NCBI GenBank assembly: GCA_904063045.1
Contig: CAJFCJ010000007.1
Span: 3,293,404-3,357,403, forward strand
Direction: 5' to 3'
DNA from: Dimorphilus gyrociliatus
Lineage: Eukaryota > Animalia > Annelida
Length of the DNA: 64,000 bases
Below the pieces are notes generated by a model. It ran no database searches. It was not told the DNA's origin and was given only the letters and a program-made list of their open reading frames with translations. Of the stretch, positions 12,431 to 23,155 are shown piece by piece. The position numbers were made by a program, and so were the translations under genes. Within the stretch, counting starts at the first letter, position 1. Each line of letters starts with the position of its first letter.

Positions 12431-15111
12431 ATGCCGAGACGTACACGGCAAACCGTTTCAAAGGCTGCAAAAGAAGAAGTTTTCGAAGAGCCACCAAAAT
12501 CTCGAAGGTACGTTATTTTCGAAAAGCCGGTGTTCCATTCCCAGGTTAAAAATCACCATATCTACCTTTTATTTATAGCAGAGGTCGCAAACGAGGACGT
12601 CCAGCTCAGAATGAAGTTACAGAAAACGAAAGTGTCAATAGACCAAGAAGAGCTGCAGCAAGAGCTGCTGAACAAGCAGCAGCAGCAGCTCAAATTGCCG
12701 AAGATGACTACGCCGCCATTGAAAAAGAGGAAGACGAAGAAATGGATATGGATGAACCGGAACAAGGAGCTGGTGATTCTAAACCCGTAAAATCAAAGAA
12801 ACCTCCTTCACCAACGAAAGCTGCGAAACGTTCTCGTAAAGCCGTTGAATATGAAAAAGACGAAGAAGAAGATGAAGATTATGCTGAAGACTTGGAAGAA
12901 GATGATGACTATGAGGTTGATGAAGATGATGATGATGATTGGAATAAACCAAAAAGAAGAAGATCAGGAGGGAAGAAAACTCCACCAAAAAGTCCTGGCA
13001 AAAAATCAGCCAAAAGTTCCAAAACTCCACCAGTACCAACTCGTCGTTCTTCCCGCACTAGTCGAAAGTCTAGGGAACCAGTTGAGGATGATGAACCAGA
13101 ATTTGAGGAAAGTCCTCGTAAGAGATCAAGCAGGAAAGCCAAGTCTGCTGCCGAAACTAAACTTGCCGAAGCTGAGGCAGACGATAGCAACGAACGTAAA
13201 ACGCCTGATGAAATGAACGATAAGCCCGAAGAAGATGCAATGGAAGAATGTCCACCTGAACCAAAAGAAGCTAAGGAGGTTAGTGAAACCGAAAAGAAAA
13301 AGACAGTTCCGATAAGCAAACCTGAAGAAAAGGTTGAGGATCAGCCAAAGGAAGCTCCTAAGGTTGAAGAGAAAGCCACTGAAAAAGAGGCTGAATTAGG
13401 CACAAAAAAGCAAGAGAAGAAAGAAGACAATATAGCAGATGACGAGGATGATGATGATGATGATGATGATGAGGGTAAAATGCAAATTGATGAGGAAAGA
13501 ACTGAGGAAAATACCGAAGAAAAACCAAAAGAGAAAATAGAAGAAAAATGTGAAAAAACGGAAGAAAAGTCTAATGATAAAATAGAGGAAAAGGTTGAAG
13601 AAAAGCTTGAGCAGAAACCTGATGAGAAACCCAAGGAAACTGCTGATAAAACCAAAGAAAAAACTGAGGAAAAGTCAGCTGAGAAACCCGATGAAAAAAC
13701 TGAGGAAAAATCAGCTGAGAAGCCTAGCGAAAAAGTTGATGATAAAACTGATGAGAAAATGGATGAAGAAACACCAAAAAATAGTGATCACGACGTTGAA
13801 GAAAAAAAGGAAGAACCTAAAGAGAAAGTTGAAGAGAAAATCATTGAAAAGCCAGAAGAGAGAGTTATTGAAAAACCTGATTCCGAATCAAAGAGCTCTA
13901 ATGTACCCGCAGCTGATGATATATCTAATAAAAATACTAAGGAAAAATCGGATGAAAAAGTGACTGATTCGTCTCCAGTAAAAGAAGCTGATGATAAAGC
14001 TGAAACCGCTACAGTTGAAAAGAAGGAGAATGGTGAAAAAAGTAATCAAAATGACAGTGAAAAAGAAATTTCACCAAAAAAACATTGCAATGGTGATGTT
14101 CAAGACCCTTTGTCGAGATCGTCAATCATTAATTCTAATGCTAAGCAAACTGATCCTAAGAACCGATTCTCTCTGGTAGTATACAATCTCTTGGCTGAAT
14201 TTCATTCTTCCCGTGGCTATCTTACGTGGACGACCCCAGAAGATCTTGATCAAGTGAATAGACATAAACTACTTGTAAAAGAACTCGATTATTTGGATGG
14301 GGACTTGCTTTGCCTTCAGGAGGTAGATGAAGCTTATTTTGCGAAGACCCTTCAACCAGAGCTAGCCAAGCAAGGTTATGAAGGTGTTTATTTCGCCAGA
14401 AAACAAAATTATACGGAAGGTTGCGCTACTTTCTATAGAAAAAGTGTGTTCAAATTGGAAAAAGAGGAAAAGGTGCATTTAGAAAAAGCAATTGTGGAGC
14501 AAGTTGAAGCGAGTGAGCAAAAGTCGAAAATTGAATCCGCTGTTACGAGTCCAGCCGTGATGATCGTCATGACTTTTCTCCATGAACCATCCGGTAATTC
14601 GATAACAATCGGAAATGTACATGTGGATTGGGCAAATTTTACAAATAAGAGTTTGATTAGTGTTCAATCAGCTTTAGCCGTCCGCAAAAGTGCCAAATCT
14701 CCGTACCATATAGTTGCTGGAGATTTTAATGCATTTCCAGATTCTCCAGCTTATCAAATTTTAACTGATGGAGCACCTAATGAAAAGAGCTCAAGTGTTC
14801 TATCAGGAATAAAGATCGAAGGTGAAAAATCACTTTTAGATCTTTGGAAAGATGGATTCAAACATTCTTCGAAAAATCTATACAGCGCTTACAAACGTGT
14901 TGCTGACAATGAACCAGAACTTACGAATTGCAACCCAGAATTATGGAAAGAAGAAAAGGGAAAGACTACAGATTATATTTGGTGTTCTCCCCTCATCGAA
15001 ACTCTAGATGTGCTTAGTGTTCCGCAAGTTAAGCAAATCGGCTGTAAGATTCCAAACAAGCAGTTTGCGTCTGATCATTTGTCTCTAAAAGCAACTCTTG
15101 CATTTCATTAA
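12431..15111 (+). CDS. CCR4/nocturnin/Angel/PDE12-family EEP hydrolase with a long AT-hook-bearing, K/E/D-rich N-terminal extension (about 869 aa)
   Basis: Exons 12431-12507 and 12579-15111; the acceptor is a NAGNAG (tag/cag at 12578/12581). EEP motifs YNLLA, LCLQEV, GNVH, GDFN, TTDYIW and ASDH are intact. A 5'-UTR intron is likely (donor about 12262, acceptor tttcag about 12417). Confidence 0.9.
13657..13728 (+). repeat. Two near-identical 36-bp tandem units encoding EKTEEKSAEKP(D/S), inside a longer EEK/EKP-rich region
   Basis: gaaaaaactgaggaaaagtcagctgagaaacccgat followed by gaaaaaactgaggaaaaatcagctgagaagcctagc. Confidence 0.85.
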
Positions 15112-15608
15112 CTTAGTCATACTTTATGTACTAAATAGATGAGTGTTTAGTTTAACAACTCTGCCATAAATAATGACTTCGAAACGAGTGATCAGTTTTC
15201 TTTTAAAAGATGAGCTCTAAATTACCTTGTGTATAACGTGATTGTCACATAAGATGTTTGTTAAGTTTCGAATTTCAGTACTTGGGTATATTTCTTATTC
15301 ACTCTATGTATATAAATATGTTACTCTTACTTGAATTCAGATTACGTGAATTGATGAGTATTTCTATCTTGATCGTTCTATATATAGTTACCAAAAAGAG
15401 TTTTAATATTTAGCCCTAGTTTTGCATACAGTCGTTCATAAATTAAAACTGACTTTTATTTTACTTCAAACATTTAATTCGGTGATTTTACCTCACGATT
15501 TCTTATCACAAGACTCTTAGAAAGGAAATTCATGCATATTAATAAGCTTGAGTTGCCTTGAAGAGGATTGGTTAAAGTAGACCGGAAACATTTCACCTAC
15601 AACAGCTG

Positions 15609-15622
15609 GCGCCATATAGTGG
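15609..15622 (-). promoter_or_regulatory. CTCF-like motif in the promoter region of the 15.9 kb membrane-protein gene
   Basis: The minus strand reads CCACTATATGGCGC, one mismatch from CCACTAGATGGCGC. An ETS-like ACCGGAAAC lies about 25 bp upstream. Confidence 0.5.
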
Positions 15623-15855
15623 AGTAATTAGCAGACAACAGCCCAAACAACGTAAAACGAGATCAGGTGTGACTCGATATAACAACTACACAATCTGGTG
15701 ATAACCGTCAATCTTATATAATTTATAGCGTCAGCTATATTGGCTGAGGATCTATGCAAGGATACTGATTATATCACGAACTTCCTTATGAGAAGATAAA
15801 AAAAACACTAAGTCGTCTTTAAACACACAAGGAGAATAAACAGACTAAATTTAGA

Positions 15856-17230
15856 ATGGGTAAGTTAAGAAATAAATTGTTTTTTTAATCTTTATCATTC
15901 CTAAGATAATGAGTTGTACTTTTTTAATTTTTAGCGGTGAGTGGAGGTACAATTGCTGGTATTATTGTTGTAGGAGTGATTGGTGTATTTGCCGTAATTG
16001 CTGTTATTTTCTTTCTAGTTAGATGGTACCTGTAAGTTTTTGATCAAACAAACACTAGATCCGAGATAACTATATAATCCACTTATTTAAACTAATAGAA
16101 ATAAAAATAAGAAAAAGAAAAAAAGTAACGATGTGGAAAAAGGAACAATGGCCAAAGAAAACAGGGCATTTGATAATATTAGTGAAAATATTCCGAAAAT
16201 TCAGAAGCCAGCTGGAGTAAAGTTATATCAACCAAGAGACGTGGTACGACATAATGGTAACTTGGAAACATTAGACGTCAGAAGGCTACCTAAAGGAAAA
16301 GGCTCCAGATCGAATTCCGATCAACCAAGAAAACTGAAATCAAGTCTCAAAACCCGAACTAAAAATGGTTATGAACCATCCGATAGTGACACATCGTGGA
16401 CGAGTGATGCTAATTCGAGCGCAGGTAGCGTTATGCTTCCAGTTCCTTCTCCTCATGACCCAGGATCAACTTGGATTACTGAAGCTGGATCCACAAATGG
16501 CTTACCTCCTAATTTGGCTCAAAAGTTTTATATGCCATCATCTAAACCTAAAAAGAGCTCATCTAAACAAAATTCATCACAATCCTCAATAGCTTCCTCT
16601 CAAAAACCTTTAGCTGCCTCTTCGCCAGTTGCGATTCGTACAATCCCCAATGTTGGAAAAGTTAATTCAAGTATTGAATCAAGTTGTACTGAAATTGAAG
16701 ATAATACCATGGGTGCTAGAAATCAAGCTTTCATTCCGGATAACCCACCAAATCGAGGTAACTACAACGATCAAATGCAAATGTATTTGAGGACAAAAAG
16801 TGATTCGGATGCTCCTTACGAGGGTCCTTCGGAAACAATCTCATCCCGCCATTCCGAGCCTCCATTTGGTCGAAATTCTCCATCACCAGATAAAGTTTGG
16901 TCAAATTTCTCTTCAGAGAGCTCTCGCAGTAAAAAAGTGTCATTTGAGATACCGGAGAAAGAAGTAAACGTAAAGAAAAAAGTCAAATTAGAAGACTTGA
17001 ATGCGGGACAACTCCAAAGAATTATTAAAAGTGCTCCTTATATCCCACATAGTCGCTCCAGACCAAAGCGTAGAAGCTTTGGAAAGGGCACAAGAAGTGG
17101 GCCTAGCCAGCCAAAGTCAAATAGTCTGCCACCACAGCATAGAATGAGTAACGAAAATTCTAATAATAATTCCGGATACTCTAATCCTGCTCATAATACT
17201 TCGAATCAGTCTGTCGAAACGGACGTTTGA
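15856..17230 (+). CDS. Orphan single-pass (type III-like) membrane protein with a long S/P/N-rich disordered cytoplasmic tail
   Basis: Exons 15856-15859, 15935-16031 and 16099-17230 join in frame: MAVSGGTIAGIIVVGVIGVFAVIAVIFFLVRWYLNKNKKKKKS (TM helix plus polybasic stop-transfer), then the 365-aa ORF. No family recognised. Confidence 0.8.
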
Positions 17231-17325
17231 TCGACTCTGCATACGTTGATAATTTTATAGTTTTTTTTCTACGCTTATCTGTGATTTGTTACGTATTCTT
17301 TCTTTTGTTAACACTAACATTTCGG

Positions 17326-18530
17326 CTAAATTACATTCCAAATTAACTCTTTAAAACACTCGTTTGTAAAAAAATGTTCACCTAACGATTTCCAAGCTGC
17401 TCCGTAACGGTGCAATACTTTCTCTATCTCGAATAAACTAGCTATGTTTGAGTCAGGGCACACAGATAGCTTCCTGAAGGAGTGGTTAACTTCATCGTTA
17501 TTTATAATATCAAGCGACCGTCTTAAATACACTCTAAATGGATTTATAATTGTTTCTAGATGCGATGTCTGTTGATTAAAGAGTGCAGGTTGAATTTCTT
17601 CAATATCTTCCCCACGTTTAATTGACAGAACAGTTAAAGCTCGTAAAAGACGTAACCACATACAAGCCGAATGAACTTCTTCAAGTTTCCTTTTCTCATG
17701 GATAATATATTCGATTATAGGTATATTGGTTGGGGAGTTTGCATTATGAAATTCAGTAGCCAGCTGAATCCACAGTTCTGACTTTTCCTCGTCATTTACA
17801 TCTTCTTTGTTCAAAATGCAATAAAAATCTTCTGGTCTTGTCATTAATCCAGTTGAGTCGATATTTTTAAAGGATTGCTTAAAGAGTTCCCAGCTGCCAC
17901 AGAGTAATTTCGTGGCAGCGTTTATACTAATCCACGTAGAATCTTCCTCATCCATGGGAATCCTACTAAGTGAACCAACTGTTTCGGCATTGGAATCTTT
18001 TATACTCTCATCAAATCTTATGAGAGCGTACCATAAACTCTCCATTTTCAAAATGATGGAGTCCTCATCTTTCTCACTCAACTGGAATGATTTTCTCAAG
18101 GACTGTACAATATGAAGTAATTTTTTGGAATTATATGATTTTAATCTAGTTTTATTAGAGCCAGGAGATGGATAGGGAAAGATTGCGTCAATAGTAACCT
18201 TCTTCTCCTTCTCAGAAAAACGAACCCGTCTAGTAGAGGTAGCTGTTGCTTGAACTTCTTTCTCAATATGCTGTGAATTATTTTCATTTGGAAAAATTTT
18301 TCTATTCTTTGCGAATTCTTTAACGAAGAGTCCGAATGCTGCAAGTAATAACAACACCAAGGAGGCTATTCCAGTAATGAGAACAAGGCAGTTAAGCGAG
18401 CAATGTGTCAATGTAGCTATAACCGTTTCAATGTGTTAAAATATTAGCTTAAAAAGCGTTTTTTTAGAAATATTCTACCTTGAGTAGTATTGTGAAACGA
18501 TACGACTAAATTATCCACGGACAAGTTCAT
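17326..18530 (-). CDS. Orphan single-pass membrane protein with a predicted helical cytoplasmic domain
   Basis: Exons 18530-18479 and 18416-17326 (62-nt GT-AG intron) give MNLSVDNLVVSFHNTTQATLTHCSLNCLVLITGIASLVLLLLAAFGLFVKEF..., with N-glycosylation sequons NLS and NTT before the TM helix. No family recognised. Confidence 0.8.
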
Positions 18531-18763
18531 ATCTAAAATGTTCGATAAAAAGAACACTTTTTTTTTTTCAAATTGTTTTTTTTTTATTATACGTAACGTT
18601 TTCGTTCTTCTCTTTGTTTAAATATCATATTTATTCTGATAATAATTTTAATAAGGATAAAAAAATAACAAACAGAATATTCTTTACAAAAAATTGTTTG
18701 TACATCGTTTTTTTTTAAAAAAAAGGGTTTAAAAAATTTTTCTTCATCTAAAATTTTAATCGT

Positions 18764-19610
18764 CTAATCATCATCTTCTTTCTCGACTGCCATATCTATT
18801 AAAACCATAAAAAGTGCTCCAAATGTAAAAACACAAGAGACTACTGCTAAATAAAAAGCCCATGATAATTGACCAATTTGAACCGTTCTAAAGGGAATTT
18901 TCTCCTGAAAGTTAAAATAGTCGTTGTATTTTCCAGCCCACGTTCCTATTCCCACGATCAAGAATAAACCTAAATGGTCGTAAAATATATTATTTAATAA
19001 AATTAGTAAACACAGATGTATTATGCAAATATCACTAACCCGTTACTCCAAGACCTATCAAAGCGAGAATGTGTCTATGTTTAATTGTATCTACGAATAC
19101 GAGGAGGACGATTGTAGCTATTGCAAGGAGGAAAGAGAAGAAAGCCAATGTCATAAAAGACTGCGCCGCTTTATGCCAATCTGGAAAAACCAAAATGTCA
19201 ATTAATATCAAGTATAACTTTTATTGTTTAAGTTACAGTATAATTCTATTAACGTTCTTATTTAAATGGGATAATACTATTTGATATGTGACTATGGCCT
19301 TAATAATAACTTTTATTTGTTTAAAAGGCTATCAAGGTATTTGGGTAAAAGTTCAGGTGAACCAAAATTTTTTATACGAACCATCTGTTCGCCAGTCAAT
19401 GAAGTCCGTACAACTTTCGCCACCGTTTACTGGATAAGTACATCTTCTCCATAAACCTATGTGTTCGTCCCTTGTACTATATAAGGGATCGGTTTTAGCC
19501 CAATGAGGCGCTCCGAAACTGATGAGGAACAGTAGAAAGGCGATTATGGTCAGCAGTGCTCCCACCTTCGGCCACATGCTTTCTGACAAAAACGCTTTTT
19601 TCTTGTCCAT
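18764..19610 (-). CDS. Claudin/PMP22/EMP-superfamily tetraspan membrane protein
   Basis: Exons 19610-19382, 19180-19040 and 18969-18764. Carries the W...GLWRRC...C signature, four hydrophobic helices and the LSWAFYLA motif before TM4. Confidence 0.9.
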
Positions 19611-19767
19611 TCTAATAGTTTTCTTAATTACTTAGATCAGGTAAGTCTACCTGTTTATCCGGATGTAGATAGCGCCATCTACTTACAATGGTAGTAATCG
19701 TTGAGTGTTTTAAATTCGTAACCGAACTTGCAAAATTACGGCGTGACAAATGAATTCGCCTTAAAAA
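19611..19767. promoter_or_regulatory. 157-bp bidirectional promoter region (claudin-like / TRUB2)
   Basis: Divergent ATGs at 19610 and 19768. CTCF/YY1-like AGATGGCGC on the minus strand at 19672-19680, inside the inverted repeat GTAGAT-agcgcc-ATCTAC. Confidence 0.75.
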
Positions 19768-21150
19768 ATGGGTACACCTTACGCTCCTAACATATTTAAG
19801 GCCCTAGAAGGGGTTTTTTGCGTATATAAACCTGCCGATTTTTCAATAGGCCGATTGTTATATCATGTTAGAAATAATATAGTTCAGGACTTGAATAAAA
19901 TAAATGTAAGGCCAATGCGAAGAAAGTTTTTCACTGATGAAACTAAGAAAGACGAAGATGGTCTTCCAATGATCTTAGACGTGCCCGATCTAGCAGATCA
20001 TACACTTGGTAAAAAAAAAACATAATAATAGTAAACTAATACAAATAATATTTTTGTTCTTTACAATTATTTATTAACAATTGACTTTAATATTTACAAA
20101 TCCTTTCTCCACTATCTTCTTATGTTTAGTGATTGGTCCAAGATATACGGCGGAAGATATCGATCTGAAATGTATAACACCCTTACACAAGCTCTCCTCA
20201 GGAGTTACTCGTTAGTAATTGCTTATTTAAAAAAAAGTGCCTATTGAAAACAATTTTAAATGAATTTTTTAGTTTTATCCTGCCAAAACCATAGCCAACT
20301 GAGAAAAATACAAAATAGATTTAATGTTCGCGTTCATCATGTCATCGGAATGCTTGGAACTGCAACTAATGATTTTACAGTTAATGGTTCAATTGTAGAA
20401 AGATCAAAGTTCAGTAAGCGTTATATTTAAAATGGAAAGCGATTACGAATTGATTAATAAATCTTTTCCAGAACACGTTGATCACAATAGAATCGATAGA
20501 GTATTAGCAGGAATGCAAGCCGGCCATCAGCGTTATATGTTCCAGTAAGTTACCATATAATTAAAGAGGAAAAGTGCATGACGACTATAGAAGACTTTTT
20601 TTTTTTTCATTACAAATACAATCAGAGCTTGTAATGTTGACCCACAAAGTCAAGAAGCTTACGAATTGGCCATTAAAGGTTTAATAAGGCCCACGGATCC
20701 ACAAGCTGGTCCTGTTGTCTACGGAATGAAGTGTACAGCATTCAGTCCTCCGTATTTTACTTTGGAGGTAAACAAAGCACAAAAACTAGATAAAAAAATA
20801 AATTAATTTACTTTTTTTTTTGTTTTTTATTTCAGATTCACTCTGTAAATGAAACTTGTATTTATTTGCATAAACTTGTTCACGAATTAGGCCTAGAATT
20901 ACGAACAAACGCAACAACCGTTAAATTAAGAAGAAGTAATTACGGTAGATTCACAACTAATCACGCTCTGTTAAGGAAACATTGGACTCCGGAGAATATA
21001 GTAGAAAATATAAACATTTGTAAGAAATGTCTAGAAAAAGATAGAGATAATGAAAAACTGATAAAAAGAATTGACGTAACCGACGACAATTTCTTATTAG
21101 AGGATGAAGACGAGGAAGAAGTACATTTATTACCAACTACAAATGAATAA
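19768..21150 (+). CDS. TRUB2: Mitochondrial TruB-family pseudouridine synthase 2 homolog
   Basis: Exons 19768-20008, 20130-20210, 20273-20413, 20472-20544, 20626-20767 and 20836-21150. Segments GVFCVYKP, GMLGTATNDF, SQEAYELAIKGLIRP, LVHELGLELRTNA and ALLRKHW match TRUB2. Confidence 0.92.
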
Positions 21151-22696
21151 ACGCTGTTAGATATACTGTATTATTAGGTTAATCCTATTCAATTTGCTTG
21201 AATAACTGAAGTTTAATCTTAAAAAGAAAAAAAGCTGATCATTTCTCGTTATTGAATTAATTTATACGGTCACTTGGTCTTTTCCTAATAAACGAATACG
21301 CCTTATTATAAATATTGATAAAAAGAAGAGGGTTAAAGAAATAAATAACCCTAGAATAAGTCTGAATGGTAAGGCAATTCAGGTGTCGCTATAATACGGA
21401 AGGTTTTGAATTCCCAGTAAGCCTAGCGCATTTTCTTTGTATTTAGTCAGAAGTGTGACGTGTGCGCATACGGCGTGCTGGTCTGGTAAACTATTATTAT
21501 AAACGTCGAAGATATCATCAATAGAATATAAACTGTTCAATTTCTTATCCTCCATTTTACAGGAAATAGTAGTGAGAGAGAGAGAAAAAAAAAGCTGTGT
21601 ATATTTAATTCTATTGCAATTCAAACAAAAGCTTATTTTAATAAAATAAAAAGAAAAAGATTCCTCATACTTCTCTAGATCATTTCATGGCTTTAAGCTT
21701 AATGACAGGTAATTTATTTTGAACTTTTAATTTGTTCGTATGTGCGGACAGAGAGAGAGAGAGAGAGAGAGAAAGAATACAATATACTGATTCCACATTA
21801 CTAATCTCATTACGATTAATTAATGAGACGTATTATGAGGGAGAGGGAAAAAAAACATTTTTTACTCCAAATGTGTTAAATCAATGAACGAACAAAATCG
21901 ATATTTTTTTTCTCTCTACTACCGTTTTTCACATGGAAGAAAGGTTGATTTTTATTATTTATTTATCATTATTATTGTTATCCATGTGCATTGGTTGTTT
22001 AGTCTATTATTATATGTTATAAATAACCTACAAGAGTATTAATCTCGTTGATATATTGGAAAAAACAGGTGATTTCAGTTATATTTTTTCTATTAATTGA
22101 TGGACGAATACGAAGAGAGGAATGTTTATAAAAAAAAATAATAGATAGATTGATAGAGACTATTAAGCAGAAAGATATATATAAATAAAGATAATAAATC
22201 TTATTTAACATAAATTAAGCGTTAATTTTAGCTAATTTAAAGCCTTAAACTATCTATTCTTTATTAACTGGTTGCCAGTATTTATTTAAAGGTATGCAAG
22301 AGAAGAGTTTGAAGAGAGGTACGTTGCCTGAATAATGATTGTTGTGGAATGTTATGAATTTGTATATAGATTACTAAATTTCTTTTTATAACATTTATCA
22401 AAACTTTCTCTCCAGTGGGGAATTTATGATAATAACCTTTGTTTTAAAGTTCTTTATAAAGCAAATAATAATAAAAGAGGTATTAATGTTTTTCGTATGA
22501 ATTATATCCTGAATAAGATGTTTTACTCTATAATCATGAATAGGTTGTCCTGTGAACGAATGTAGTGTATATGTATCTTATATCATGGATAATTTCATGT
22601 ATTATCTATAAAAAAAAACGTTTTGTAAGTGCACTTTTATTATCCTAGAAATAATGGGTGGAGTCGAGTGTTGATACATATTCTTTACCGTACTGT

Positions 22697-22700
<4 letters not shown>

Positions 22701-22740
<40 letters not shown>
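22701..22740. repeat. (TA)20 microsatellite
   Basis: Directly visible. Similar tracts lie at 1087-1118, 31037-31066, 43672-43702, 49408-49443 and 57081-57116. Confidence 0.95.
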
Positions 22741-22744
<4 letters not shown>

Positions 22745-23155
22745 ACCTAGAGTTTAATATCTGCTTGAACGATTTTATCTATTTATTTATCTTACAAAAT
22801 ATCGTTTAATTATTTTTTTATAACAGAAAAGTATTCCTATTTCCTCCTTCTCTTATCCTCTCTCCCTCTCTTCTCCTGTTTAATTAGTCTCTTTTGATAG
22901 ATATATCAATAATATTTCACTTATTTTTTTTTATCTTATTAATATTGATAAACCAACCGTTCAGCCTGTTAAAAACTTTTAATGTTGCTTATCAAAATGT
23001 TTTAGATATTAGATAAGTATCTTTTAATATTTAGTTTCTACAAAGGAATAGGATCAGTCAGGCATTATCATTTTATATCGTTCCTAACCTCGGTGTTTAA
23101 AATTCATCGACGCCTGAAAAAATTTGAATAATTTCTAAAAATTCATAATCTAAAT

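Noticed and set aside
12562-13963. Overlapping alternative-frame and antisense ORFs over the EEP gene (and similarly over COBL 28826-30744)
   Set aside because: They are shadows of low-complexity GAA/GAT-rich coding sequence, which lacks stops in other frames.
3115-19620. Spliced-leader trans-splicing, suggested by acceptor-like (t)ttag 0-7 nt before several ATGs (3131, 15856, 18530, 19610)
   Set aside because: Plausible cis donors exist for most (3041 for RTTN, about 12262 for the EEP gene, 19686 for claudin), so 5'-UTR introns suffice. Only the 18533 case is kept as a finding.
19638-19646. ACTTACCTG on the minus strand, identical to the U1 snRNA 5' end
   Set aside because: It is simply the complement of a consensus 5' splice site, and no U1 body follows.
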